A stretch of DNA of 57,450 nucleotides from the IMG/VR virus record IMGVR_UViG_3300035182_002025, positions 1 to 57,450 of that record; one strand, written 5' to 3'. Positions 29,243-38,399 of the stretch are shown here, piece by piece. Origin of the DNA: a virus. Taxonomy: Duplodnaviria; Caudoviricetes. The notes beneath the pieces are model-generated. The model worked only from the letters and a program-made list of their open reading frames with translations, had not been told where the DNA came from and made no database searches. The position numbers were made by a program, and so were the translations under genes. The stretch's first letter is position 1, and each line of letters starts with the position of its first letter.

Positions 29243-29698
29243 ATGGCAAACACAGCAGCTATAGCCACCAGTTTTAAGGTTGAACTGTTAAACGGTCACC
29301 ACGCATTTGGTACTTCCGTAGTCCGGGCGGGTACAGGCGCCGATACCTTTAAAGCCGCGTTATATTTGGCCACGGCCACTATCACAGCAGCTACTACCGC
29401 GTATTCTGCCACCAACGAAGTGTCTGGAACAGGCTACACCGCAGGCGGTGTGACCGTTACCAACGCTACCGCGCCTAGCTCTTCAGGCACTACAGCGTTC
29501 TGGACCCCGTCGGCGTCGTTCTCCTGGACAACTGTCACCTTGGCGACCGCTTTTGACTGCGTCCTGTTGTATAACAGCACCCAATCAAATAAAGCCGTAG
29601 CGGCGTTCACTTTCGGCTCACAAACAGTGTCCGCGGGTAACTTCAGTTTGACAATGCCTACCAACGACAGCACCAACGCGCTGATCCGTTTGGCGTAA
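29243..29698 (+). CDS. Conserved phage structural protein
   Basis: SFKVELL.G.H.F...DTFKAALY...TTAYSATNEVSGTGYTAGG pattern, common in tail modules. Confidence 0.75.
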   Translation: MANTAAIATSFKVELLNGHHAFGTSVVRAGTGADTFKAALYLATATITAATTAYSATNEVSGTGYTAGGVTVTNATAPSSSGTTAFWTPSASFSWTTVTLATAFDCVLLYNSTQSNKAVAAFTFGSQTVSAGNFSLTMPTNDSTNALIRLA

Positions 29699-29715
29699 TC
29701 GGTTACGGCGCTTAG

Positions 29716-30231
29716 ATGATCATCTACGCCAAAGGACGTGGGCCCATTAAGTGGCCCGCTTCGGACTCTCACGACCCGAATAGCAAACGCTATTACCGGA
29801 TGGATTACACGCCTCCGTTATGGACGGCAAATACGCCCGTCATAGACAATGTAGCCGTTGTAGTTCCTACGCTAGAAAATGGGTGCATGTACGAGTGCGT
29901 GTCCGGTGGAAGAACCGATCTTACTGAGCCAACTTGGGGCACAGTAGAAGACGAAATCACCAAAGATGGTGGCGCGGCATGGAAATGCTTGCCGAGGAAT
30001 AGTGTACTAAAAACCGGTGATACCCTGACCGCATCTACGTGGACGGCTGATACCGGTTGCACCTTGGATAACGCCGCTATCATAGATGGTGCCGCCACCA
30101 AAGTTCGGGTAACAGCCGTTCCAGCCGACGCCGATGCGTTTACGCTGGTAAACCATGTCACTATCGTTCGGCTTAACGGCGACACTGAAGAGTTCGACAG
30201 ATCGATGTATATCCGGATCACGCAGACATGA
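29716..30231 (+). CDS. Putative tail/fibre adaptor with carbohydrate-binding-like insert
   Basis: DPNSKRYY.MDY; WTANT..YECVSGG.T..TEPTW....DGG..W (similar motif in 32491-33648). Confidence 0.55.
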   Translation: MIIYAKGRGPIKWPASDSHDPNSKRYYRMDYTPPLWTANTPVIDNVAVVVPTLENGCMYECVSGGRTDLTEPTWGTVEDEITKDGGAAWKCLPRNSVLKTGDTLTASTWTADTGCTLDNAAIIDGAATKVRVTAVPADADAFTLVNHVTIVRLNGDTEEFDRSMYIRITQT

Positions 30232-30560
30232 GCGCTAAGATAATAGGGCTTATCCTGCTGCTTTTCACGATTATGCTGTCCTGCTCTGAAGCCAAAGCCA
30301 AAGCCTCATGCCGCAGCCCAACTGTTAAGCACCGGTTCGATAAGCTCCAGGGGTACCCACACGGCCGAAAAGGCTACATAGTGGACCATGTATGCGCGCT
30401 AGAGTGCGGCGGCAAGGACAGTGAGGAGAACATGCAGTACCAGACTTCTTCGGCTAGTAAGGCCAAAGACAGATGGGAACGGACAGCAGCCGGGTGTAAA
30501 TCTACCTGCACCCCGAACAATTCCACATACCCAGATAGAAAGGTATTCAATTGTAAGTAG
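30228..30560 (+). CDS. Small HNH-like nuclease with N-terminal signal peptide
   Basis: MSAKIIGLILLLFTIMLSCSEAKA leader; GYIVDHVCALECGGKD..NMQYQT..K.KDRWE. Confidence 0.72.
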   Translation: MSAKIIGLILLLFTIMLSCSEAKAKASCRSPTVKHRFDKLQGYPHGRKGYIVDHVCALECGGKDSEENMQYQTSSASKAKDRWERTAAGCKSTCTPNNSTYPDRKVFNCK

Positions 30561-30568
30561 TTAGCGTT

Positions 30569-30757
30569 TTGGAGGATGGTGTGGCCGATATCAGTGAATT
30601 ATGCGGTACAAACGGATGTCCTAAAGCGCGGGAATGCGCCAAGAAGTTAGATCCTGATAGCTTGAACGTCAGGATGACTAAGTTTGAATACTCCTCAATA
30701 TACAAAAGGTTCCACTGTATCAGGTTTGAAAAACATTACAGACGGAACACATCATGA
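30569..30757 (+). CDS. Small Cys-containing protein (start may be GTG after GGAGG)
   Basis: ADISELCGTNGCPKAREC; ATGA overlap with the next gene. Confidence 0.5.
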   Translation: MEDGVADISELCGTNGCPKARECAKKLDPDSLNVRMTKFEYSSIYKRFHCIRFEKHYRRNTS

Positions 30758-31866
30758 AGTTAAACTCTTTTAAAGGTATCCACAACACGGCCACCCGCCA
30801 AGACCTCCCTAGGGGAGCTTGCGCTGACGCTGTTGATGTTGATATTACCGGAAAAGGCGAAGCGTACGAGCGCAGCGCCGTACTGGTACGCAACGGGTAC
30901 GCCCTATCTAAATCCGCGCCGATAGCAGCGTCATATACCTCGAAAGATGGCGTTGCGTATTGCGTATCTGGTGGATGGCTTAATCGCATAGCCGAGGATC
31001 TCAGCTTTATTCCGATAGCGCAGAGCACAGCCAAAGAGTTCTGCGACGACAAGGGGGTGCTGTTTACCGACGACAAGCTTATGGCTATCGGTGATACCGC
31101 CGTAAACTTGCAAGTTCCGCAACCTAAATACGCACCTCAGGTCGTGTTGTCATCAGGGTCAAGAGCGCCAGGGTTTTATACTTGCGCGTATACCTATACC
31201 AATTCAGACGGCTTGGAAGGGGGCATGTCCCCTATTATCCAGGTAGAGTTGAAATCGGAAGGCGAAGTACTAGTTACGCCCGTGGATCTACCAGGGTATG
31301 TGTCGACGATATACCTAGCCCCGGAAGACGGCTCTGTATTCTTGGACAATCGTAACGTCCCCATACCACCCGCCTGTATAGGCACCGCAGAAATCCCAGA
31401 AAATGTGGCCGCGGTAGAGGTTTTAGACGGTAAGCTTTTTACGGTAGAGCTGTACGAGGAATACTCCGTCATAAGGTTTAGCCAGCCTTTCCACTTCCAC
31501 TTGTTCAATTACGAGAAAGATTTCGTCGTTATACCCGATCAGGTATACGCCATCAGAGCATCCGGAGGCAAACTGGTAATCGGCGCTGCAAAAGGTATTT
31601 ATGCTTACAGCGATGAAGGTCTGCTAAAATTGGCCAACTACGGAGTTGTGCCGGGGCGCAGTATGGCTAGAAAAGCCGACGATACTTTACTTATCCACAC
31701 GGTAAGAGGTATTTGCGCGGCGTTCCCTTTCACGGAACTTACAGAATCGATGGTATCGTTACCCATGGGCCAAAAATGTAGCGCCAATATCGTGTACCAG
31801 AACGGCATCACGAAATTTGTAGGGCTTCACGATGGCGGCGGGGTTGCGTTTAACGCCGAGTTTTAA
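30754..31866 (+). CDS. Putative tail (nozzle/stabilisation-like) protein
   Basis: FKGIHN...DAVDVDIT..G N-terminus; beta-rich; position in tail module. Confidence 0.55.
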   Translation: MKLNSFKGIHNTATRQDLPRGACADAVDVDITGKGEAYERSAVLVRNGYALSKSAPIAASYTSKDGVAYCVSGGWLNRIAEDLSFIPIAQSTAKEFCDDKGVLFTDDKLMAIGDTAVNLQVPQPKYAPQVVLSSGSRAPGFYTCAYTYTNSDGLEGGMSPIIQVELKSEGEVLVTPVDLPGYVSTIYLAPEDGSVFLDNRNVPIPPACIGTAEIPENVAAVEVLDGKLFTVELYEEYSVIRFSQPFHFHLFNYEKDFVVIPDQVYAIRASGGKLVIGAAKGIYAYSDEGLLKLANYGVVPGRSMARKADDTLLIHTVRGICAAFPFTELTESMVSLPMGQKCSANIVYQNGITKFVGLHDGGGVAFNAEF

Positions 31867-31908
31867 ATTTTTCGCGCTGGTAAGCGCAGCATTCTCTAGG
31901 AGAGAACC

Positions 31909-32373
31909 ATGGCATTCAGGTATTCAACCAAGCTTTTCAACGACATTCTGTCCACTGTTAAGTCTGATCTAACAAACGGCTCTATTGAGCTTTACACCGG
32001 CAGTCAACCTTCTAGCCCAGACTCTGCCGTTACTGGCACTCTAATTGGTAGGGTTACTGTTAACGGCGGAGCGTGGACGGAAGGCTCTGGCGCAAACGGC
32101 CTAAATTTCGGCACGGTAGCCGCGGGCGCTGTCGATAAATCAACTTCTGAAACATGGCAGTTTACCGCTATTGCGGCAGGCACCATTGGCTGGGGTAGAT
32201 TCCGTGCTAATGCTACCGACGCCGGAGCTGCCGATGGGACTTTTGTTAATGCCCGTATCGATTTTTCAGTCGGCATCACCACCGGCGATATGAAAATGTC
32301 GAAAGTGACCTATGCGGTTGGTGAGACTGGCGTTATCCAAGAGTTCTTGATTCCGCTGTCAAACATCTCTTAA
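31909..32373 (+). CDS. Conserved phage structural protein
   Basis: IELYTGSQP..PD.A.TGTL...AAGTIGWGRF...RIDFSVG. Confidence 0.7.
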   Translation: MAFRYSTKLFNDILSTVKSDLTNGSIELYTGSQPSSPDSAVTGTLIGRVTVNGGAWTEGSGANGLNFGTVAAGAVDKSTSETWQFTAIAAGTIGWGRFRANATDAGAADGTFVNARIDFSVGITTGDMKMSKVTYAVGETGVIQEFLIPLSNIS

Positions 32374-32432
32374 TAGGGGATAGCGGAGGCCTGCAGTAGT
32401 ATTTGCTGTCCATGTCAAAGCCGCTGACTACG

Positions 32433-32461
32433 ACGGTGCGACCGATAGATTGCGCCGTTTT
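32433..32461 (+). terminator. Possible intrinsic terminator
   Basis: ACGGTGCGA / TTGCGCCGT stem followed by a short T run. Confidence 0.4.
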
Positions 32462-32490
32462 AAACATTAACAAGGCATACAGGCTTAAAA

Positions 32491-33648
32491 ATGCTCCGTA
32501 AATACGTAAATAACTTTAAAAAGGCCTTAAATACCTCTATAAATAACCTAGATACTACCGTGACTGTGGTGCAGGGCTCAACCCCCGCCATACCCGCCAT
32601 CAGTCCTCCCGAGTACGTCATGCTAACGCTGACTGATACCGTTTCAAACGCGTCGGAGATAGTAAAAGCCGTCGCGCTGAATATAACCGGAGGGGGAGTA
32701 TCGCAGTTTACGGTGTCTAGGGGGCAGGAGGGCACTACCGCCCAGGCATTTAGCGCCAGCACATGCATGGTCAGCGTTTGTGCTACTGCGCAGGCCTTTT
32801 CCGATAACCAATATTTTGAAAACTTGAGCCTGTGGCAACCGCAACCATGGGGCTCCGCTTTGGGATACAGCATAGGCGATATCGTCCTATCGTCAACGGC
32901 CGACAAGATAGCATATGCGCTAGTAGAGGGCGGGCTATCCGGAGGGACAGAACCTACCTGGGGGCATACACCTGGAAGTGCCATAGTGACCGATAACCTC
33001 CAGCAATGGCTTGTAACGGACTATAGCGGGACAGGACTGGCGGGGGATACCTGGAGGGACAACGGCCTGGGCGTTTTGGGCTACCCCAGAAATTCCCAAG
33101 CGATAGCCATAGGGTCAGTCGCATCAGCTTTTGGGAGAGGGCCTTGCATCGCTATAGGAGACTCCAACGTCAACATAATAGACAAGAGCCACTCCATTCT
33201 CGGCCTCCCTGTAATGCATGCCGGAGCTTGGGTAAGCAAGTTTTCATCCGTTCCTGGATACCAAGCGGCTTACGGATCCTCTTCAGAAGCGGTATTCGGC
33301 TCCCAGCTTTTAGATTTTAAATCTACCGGCACGGCCATAGTAAGCGTGGCGATGCCGGCGAAGACTGTGTTTTTCGTAGACGAAATATGTGCGGTCGTGT
33401 CGACGACTTCCGACACAATATCCGCGGCGCCGTTCCTATCCTTCGGCATTGTTGGGAGTAACGCAGCACTGTTGGCGGCTACCCAGATGACTACTACTGC
33501 GGCTAATGGTAGGAACCGATACACGACGCTGTTAACAGCCAACGGCCAGACATCGCTGACGGCCAGTATAACAACTGCGGCTACTGGTACAGGTACCCTA
33601 AAAGGACGCGTATACTTCAAAGGCGTATTCGTAGAGACAGACCTCTAA
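32491..33648 (+). CDS. Tail fibre-like protein
   Basis: EIVKA...FTVSRGQEGTTAQAF N-terminal module; GGTEPTW motif; Thr-rich C-terminus. Confidence 0.65.
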   Translation: MLRKYVNNFKKALNTSINNLDTTVTVVQGSTPAIPAISPPEYVMLTLTDTVSNASEIVKAVALNITGGGVSQFTVSRGQEGTTAQAFSASTCMVSVCATAQAFSDNQYFENLSLWQPQPWGSALGYSIGDIVLSSTADKIAYALVEGGLSGGTEPTWGHTPGSAIVTDNLQQWLVTDYSGTGLAGDTWRDNGLGVLGYPRNSQAIAIGSVASAFGRGPCIAIGDSNVNIIDKSHSILGLPVMHAGAWVSKFSSVPGYQAAYGSSSEAVFGSQLLDFKSTGTAIVSVAMPAKTVFFVDEICAVVSTTSDTISAAPFLSFGIVGSNAALLAATQMTTTAANGRNRYTTLLTANGQTSLTASITTAATGTGTLKGRVYFKGVFVETDL

Positions 33649-34721
33649 TGCTTAACGTATCCCCTTTAAATGTAACCACCCTAGACGCGCTCCCAGCGAC
33701 TGATACCCTCGTAGCGTTGACGGGGTTGGGTATTACTGTTGACCAGGGGTTCTTTAATAGGGGCGTAGGCCTTCTTGCGGGCTATGGGTTCGACACACTC
33801 CCTATCCTCACAGGTAAGCCGATAGAGTCAGGCCTAGTCGGGGCTATGTTCGGTACAGCCCCGCAGATTTATCAGGCCGGCATGCTCGAGGGCTACGGTT
33901 TCGGAACTACCCCCACCATCACGTTAAATCCTCGAAACGAAGCTTTCCTTGAAGGGTACGGCTTTGGGACAAATTTTACGGGCGTCTGGATATCCGGAAC
34001 TAACGGAACCGCCGCAGGCCGAGGGTTCGATACCCAAGCGGTACTGCTTGGCGGTGGAATCCTTACAGGCAGAAGCTTCTCTACGGCGGCGGATCTCAAC
34101 GCCTCTGCGCCCATAACAGCATCCCTGGTCGGTAGAAGTTTCTCGACGACTTTCGCAGGCCGCGCCACGGCGTTCGAAACGGGGAGATTGATCGGTAGAG
34201 GGTTCAACTCTGATTTAGGGTTTTCCGCCAGCGTAATCGGCCGAGGGTTCGAAACGCTCAGCACGATCACGGCCACCTTCGGAACGGATTTTAAAGTAGC
34301 GTTCGTCATGAATGTGGCGAATTACCAAGTTTCCAGGTACACCAATTACCCCTTCAACAACATAGTGTCTGTTTACGGGAAGCATTACGGCGTAACCGAA
34401 GACGGCCTACACTTGTTGGAGGGCGAAACCGACATCGATACCCCAGTTGTAGGATCCATAACGTCAAAAGACGACGATTTCGGGGATATGTTCTCGAAGA
34501 ATGTTCCCTTTGCGTACCTTGGGTGCGATGATGTTGACATCTCCATAACGCCAACGGTAGACGACGTCGAGTACCCGACATATGTGGAGAGCTTCGACGG
34601 TAGAAAAGTTAAAATGGCGCGGGGTATTAAGGGTCGATATTGGCGGTTACGTATCGACAACATCAAAAAATTACAGTCTATGGAAACCATCCAAGAGACT
34701 TTGGACAGAAGGGTTAAATAA
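33648..34721 (+). CDS. Virion structural protein with G(R/Y)(G/S)F repeats
   Basis: Repeated GYGF/GRGF/GRSF; VSRYTNYPFN..GIKGRYW C-terminus; TAATG coupling. Confidence 0.65.
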   Translation: MLNVSPLNVTTLDALPATDTLVALTGLGITVDQGFFNRGVGLLAGYGFDTLPILTGKPIESGLVGAMFGTAPQIYQAGMLEGYGFGTTPTITLNPRNEAFLEGYGFGTNFTGVWISGTNGTAAGRGFDTQAVLLGGGILTGRSFSTAADLNASAPITASLVGRSFSTTFAGRATAFETGRLIGRGFNSDLGFSASVIGRGFETLSTITATFGTDFKVAFVMNVANYQVSRYTNYPFNNIVSVYGKHYGVTEDGLHLLEGETDIDTPVVGSITSKDDDFGDMFSKNVPFAYLGCDDVDISITPTVDDVEYPTYVESFDGRKVKMARGIKGRYWRLRIDNIKKLQSMETIQETLDRRVK

Positions 34722-36616
34722 TGGCCACAGTAGATGCCTTAGTGAATGCGGCTGTAGACAGGGCAGATAGCTTCGCCTTGGCCGCGGCAGACGCCATAGC
34801 CTCAATAGACGCTCGTAAGGGCTCTATCGGCTACGCGCATATAGATATCTCTAACGACGAGATTTCTGCCAAATTTACGGCAGTCCCGGCCGATACAACG
34901 CCGATGCCTGTGTACGAGGACACTACAGTAGCCATGCCGTCCGCGCCTGCGCTGGCCGATCTGCACGGCATTACTCCTCCGGTACTGCCAGACGCACCCT
35001 CCATAAATACCTCCGGGCTATTTACGGCGGTCATGCCTAGCGCGGTCATGCCCGATTGGAATGAGGCCAACCCTGCGCTGCATGTCGACGACATTTACAA
35101 CGATCTAAAAAATCTTGCGGCACCGATACTGCAGGAGTTTGATTTCCCGACTATTACGCCGTTGAGCATACGACAAGCGCCAGAATTGGTATTGCCGGAA
35201 TATATCGCCGCAGACATACCGGATCAAATGCCAGACCCGTCAAATTATGCGGAGTACATGGAGAATAAGTACCGCAATGCGCTGCCGGAGATGAAGGCGT
35301 TTATCGACGACGTGGTCGAAGGCTGGGTGTCGAAATTTGCGCCCGAGTATTATGAACAGCGCGACACCATCCACGCCAAGATAATGTCCGGCGTGGAGGG
35401 CGGCGTTCTCCCAGACCAATTCGAAGAGGCCATGTACTCCAGGGCCAGAGACAAGGTCGAGAACGAGTATTCAGCCGCCGAGCTGACGATCCTTGAGCAG
35501 CAGGCCAAACGAGGTTTCGTGGTGCCGCCAGGGGCAGTGTTTGCCGGTTTGAACAGAGCGCGGTTGCAAGCGGCCGACTCCTTGTCCAACCAAGCCACAG
35601 ACATCTATATCGAGCGCAGGAAAACAGAGGTGCAGCACCTCCAGTTCGTGCTCAATATGGCGTCCACACAGATACAAGGCGTGCGAAGCTTGGCGATTCA
35701 GTATGCCAGTACCGGCCTGCAATTGATCGGCCAGTCCGTCAACTACGCCAAAGATTTGGCCGGTATGCTGGCCCAGACATTTGAGCACGTAAAATCCAAA
35801 CATGAGTTCTCGCTAGCGTTGATGAAAGCGCTTAACGAGCAGTACGAAACCCGATTGAAGGTGGCGATGGCCGGCCTGGAAGGGTACAAACTCGAGCTGG
35901 AAGCCGCCAAGCTTGTTAAGGACGTGGAGTTCAAGCAGGTCGAAGTGATCAAGGCCCAGATAGAAACCCAGACTGTCATGGTCAATCGGTACAGCGCCAT
36001 GGTCGACGCCATAGCCAAGCGCGCGGTAGTTGATGAGCTTAAAATTAAAGAGTACAGTGTGCGCGCCCAGGTATTCGAGACTCAAATTCGCGCCAAAGTG
36101 GCGGCGTTCGAGGCCTACAAAGCGGCCATAGACGGGGATAAAGCCAAGCTTCAAGGCGAGCTGGCTAAGTTGGAGATATTCAACTCCCAGTTGAAGGCTG
36201 CCGATCTAAGCGTCGAAGTGCAGTCGGAAATTTTGAAAGCCGATATCGAAACTAATCGCGCCAGAATTACCCAGTACTCGACCCAATTGGACGCCTACAA
36301 GATCGGATCGCAGATCGCCCTGCAAAAATTTACTGCTGGCGCTGAGATCAAAAAGCTTGGGCTGGAAATCTACAAGACCAACGTGGACGCCAACATTGAG
36401 ATTTACAAAGGGCAGCTACAGGCTGACCTTGCTTTGATAGAGGCCCGCATCAGCGCGTTCAAGGGCAACATCCAGTCCTTGGCGAACTTCTACGAGCTGC
36501 AACAGAAGTACACGCAGTTGGATCTTACAAAAACGGAAGCAATAGCAACCGGATTCTCTTCAATGGCGAGCTCGGCTCTCCAAAGCTTGGGCACTATGGT
36601 GTCGCAAGCGGCATAA
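34721..36616 (+). CDS. Long coiled-coil virion protein
   Basis: Pro-rich N-terminus then extended heptad-like helices; AKRGFVVPPGA motif. Confidence 0.7.
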   Translation: MATVDALVNAAVDRADSFALAAADAIASIDARKGSIGYAHIDISNDEISAKFTAVPADTTPMPVYEDTTVAMPSAPALADLHGITPPVLPDAPSINTSGLFTAVMPSAVMPDWNEANPALHVDDIYNDLKNLAAPILQEFDFPTITPLSIRQAPELVLPEYIAADIPDQMPDPSNYAEYMENKYRNALPEMKAFIDDVVEGWVSKFAPEYYEQRDTIHAKIMSGVEGGVLPDQFEEAMYSRARDKVENEYSAAELTILEQQAKRGFVVPPGAVFAGLNRARLQAADSLSNQATDIYIERRKTEVQHLQFVLNMASTQIQGVRSLAIQYASTGLQLIGQSVNYAKDLAGMLAQTFEHVKSKHEFSLALMKALNEQYETRLKVAMAGLEGYKLELEAAKLVKDVEFKQVEVIKAQIETQTVMVNRYSAMVDAIAKRAVVDELKIKEYSVRAQVFETQIRAKVAAFEAYKAAIDGDKAKLQGELAKLEIFNSQLKAADLSVEVQSEILKADIETNRARITQYSTQLDAYKIGSQIALQKFTAGAEIKKLGLEIYKTNVDANIEIYKGQLQADLALIEARISAFKGNIQSLANFYELQQKYTQLDLTKTEAIATGFSSMASSALQSLGTMVSQAA

Positions 36617-38276
36617 CGTATATGGCGTGCCCACAGTCATATATCCTCCGGTAGCCATTGGCGGTCATATTTTTACTTTCAGATAATTCAGGATCGAAAT
36701 TTTCCAATTTATCTGAAAGTTTATGTTTCTGGAACGCATACCTAGAGTACCTACGTTTATTTTTAACGTAGTGGTACGCGGGTCTGGAAAAACCTTTGAG
36801 CTTGAAACCTACGGCTTCGTAACCGGAGCCATCGAACAACCTCCTATCGCAAAAAGTTTTTACCCCAGCAGGAGAATATTTGCGGATAAAGTATTTAAGC
36901 AATTTTGAAAGTCCCCCTAAAACCTGAGTATTCAATTCGGTACAAAGTCTAACGAGCTCAAACCAACCTTTATCTAAGCCACCCACTGCGCGCCTTTGCG
37001 GTGAAAATGTCGCCACCATAATTAGTCTTTCTTCAAACAGCAGCCCTATCGATATGGGGGCATCGGCCCATCCCTGAATATGGTTTGCGTTCAAAAATTC
37101 TGCAGAGGAGGATTTATCCAATTCGGATATTTTAGTTTTTCTAGCAAACACCTTAGCTTTCGAAGTACCCAAGCGGTTCGATATTATGCTTTTTACTATA
37201 GGCTGTTTCGTATACCACTCGTCCTCGAATATCTGCACCAAGCCTAAACTTGCGGAAATGGCCCTATTTAATTTATCTAAATGGTATCTTGGGGGTCTAA
37301 AAGCGTCGGAGTGGAAATACAGCCCGCAAAATTCAAATCCTACTCGGGCATCTATCGCCAGACAGTCAATTTCGAAAGGGGATATCGCGGCTCTATCTGA
37401 GGTAACGGTATTAGCTATCGACGCTATGTATTCCGCCATTTCAATCTCCGGCCTAGAAGGCCCAGAAACAGAGCATAAAGGACACCCCTGCCCTTGAAGG
37501 TGCATGGCGGGCCTCTGAAAGAATTCACCGTGGGTGTTGCAGATAACCTTTACGTGCGTAACAGAGTCTACGTATTCGAGCTGGGAGTAGTCGTAAACCC
37601 CTCCATGTATAGCTTTGGCTTTACTTATAAAATCTGAAAATGTGTATCTAGTGGAATTTCCAGCGGCAGCCATGCCGCACTTAGCGCACCCTTTTCCTTG
37701 CAAATGGCTATTGGCTTCTTGCTCAAAAACTCCGTGGTCTTTACAAATAATTTTTACTTTAGATGTTGATTTTGAGTATTCAACGGCGGAGTAATCGTAG
37801 GTTCCGCCGTGTATTTCTTTGGCTTTCGCAATAAATGTTTCGGCAGATGATCTTTTAGCTTTTGCCCTAGCGGCTATACCGCATCTAGGGCAGCCTCCGT
37901 TTAAATGGTCAAAGGGGAGGGCGGATATTTGACCGTGGACAGCGCATCTGAAAGAAATCTTTGTGCTAGAGTTTACGTACGCCGTATCGGCGTAATCGAA
38001 TCTATCACCGTGGACGGTCTTAGCTTTAGCTATGAAGGATTCTGTTGTGAGGGTGTGCGATTTAGCGGACTTCTCTACCCCGCACTTAAAGCATTCACAA
38101 CCTCTAAGGTGATAATTTACCTGCTGTAGAAATTCACCGTGCTTAGGACAAACTATTCGCACTTTACCCGAAAGAGTCGCCACTTCAGTTAAGGAGTAAT
38201 CGTATTTAGTTCCGTGCTTTTCCCGAGATAGGGCGATGAATTCTTCAGTCGTAGGACATGTGCGCTTTACGCCCAT
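36594..38276 (-). CDS. Hef-like endonuclease paralog 3 (4 Zn-finger repeats + nuclease + GNAT-like domain)
   Basis: Four HG..(Y/F)DY..C..HG..C..C repeats; EIDC..GFEFCGLYFHS..FEDEW; ELVRLC..GGLSKLL..TFCDRR..YEAVGF. Confidence 0.8.
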   Translation of the reverse strand: MGVKRTCPTTEEFIALSREKHGTKYDYSLTEVATLSGKVRIVCPKHGEFLQQVNYHLRGCECFKCGVEKSAKSHTLTTESFIAKAKTVHGDRFDYADTAYVNSSTKISFRCAVHGQISALPFDHLNGGCPRCGIAARAKAKRSSAETFIAKAKEIHGGTYDYSAVEYSKSTSKVKIICKDHGVFEQEANSHLQGKGCAKCGMAAAGNSTRYTFSDFISKAKAIHGGVYDYSQLEYVDSVTHVKVICNTHGEFFQRPAMHLQGQGCPLCSVSGPSRPEIEMAEYIASIANTVTSDRAAISPFEIDCLAIDARVGFEFCGLYFHSDAFRPPRYHLDKLNRAISASLGLVQIFEDEWYTKQPIVKSIISNRLGTSKAKVFARKTKISELDKSSSAEFLNANHIQGWADAPISIGLLFEERLIMVATFSPQRRAVGGLDKGWFELVRLCTELNTQVLGGLSKLLKYFIRKYSPAGVKTFCDRRLFDGSGYEAVGFKLKGFSRPAYHYVKNKRRYSRYAFQKHKLSDKLENFDPELSESKNMTANGYRRIYDCGHAIYVMPLATP

Positions 38277-38310
38277 AGTAAACTCCAGTACAGTTAGCAG
38301 TATAATTGAA

Positions 38311-38360
38311 AGCGGAAATAGGTTACTGAAGCCTACTATCGCCCCGTCGGGCTATCCGCT
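38311..38360 (-). ncRNA. C4-antisense-like three-way-junction RNA
   Basis: Minus strand AGCGGA-TA-GCCC(GACG)GGGC-GATAG-TAGG(CTTCAGTAA)CCTA-TT-TCCGCT: closing stem plus two hairpins, as in phage C4 RNAs. Confidence 0.65.
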
Positions 38361-38367
38361 ACCGATA

Positions 38368-38396
38368 ATAGTCCTGCATACGAAAAGGATTGTCAA
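38368..38396 (-). promoter_or_regulatory. Sigma70-like promoter for the C4-like RNA and endonuclease paralog 3
   Basis: TTGACA (38396-38391), 17 nt, GACTAT (38373-38368). Confidence 0.65.
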
Positions 38397-38399
38397 TAC

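Noticed and set aside
32374-32460. tRNA in the intergenic gap
   Set aside because: No TTC-containing T-loop or cloverleaf; only simple hairpins
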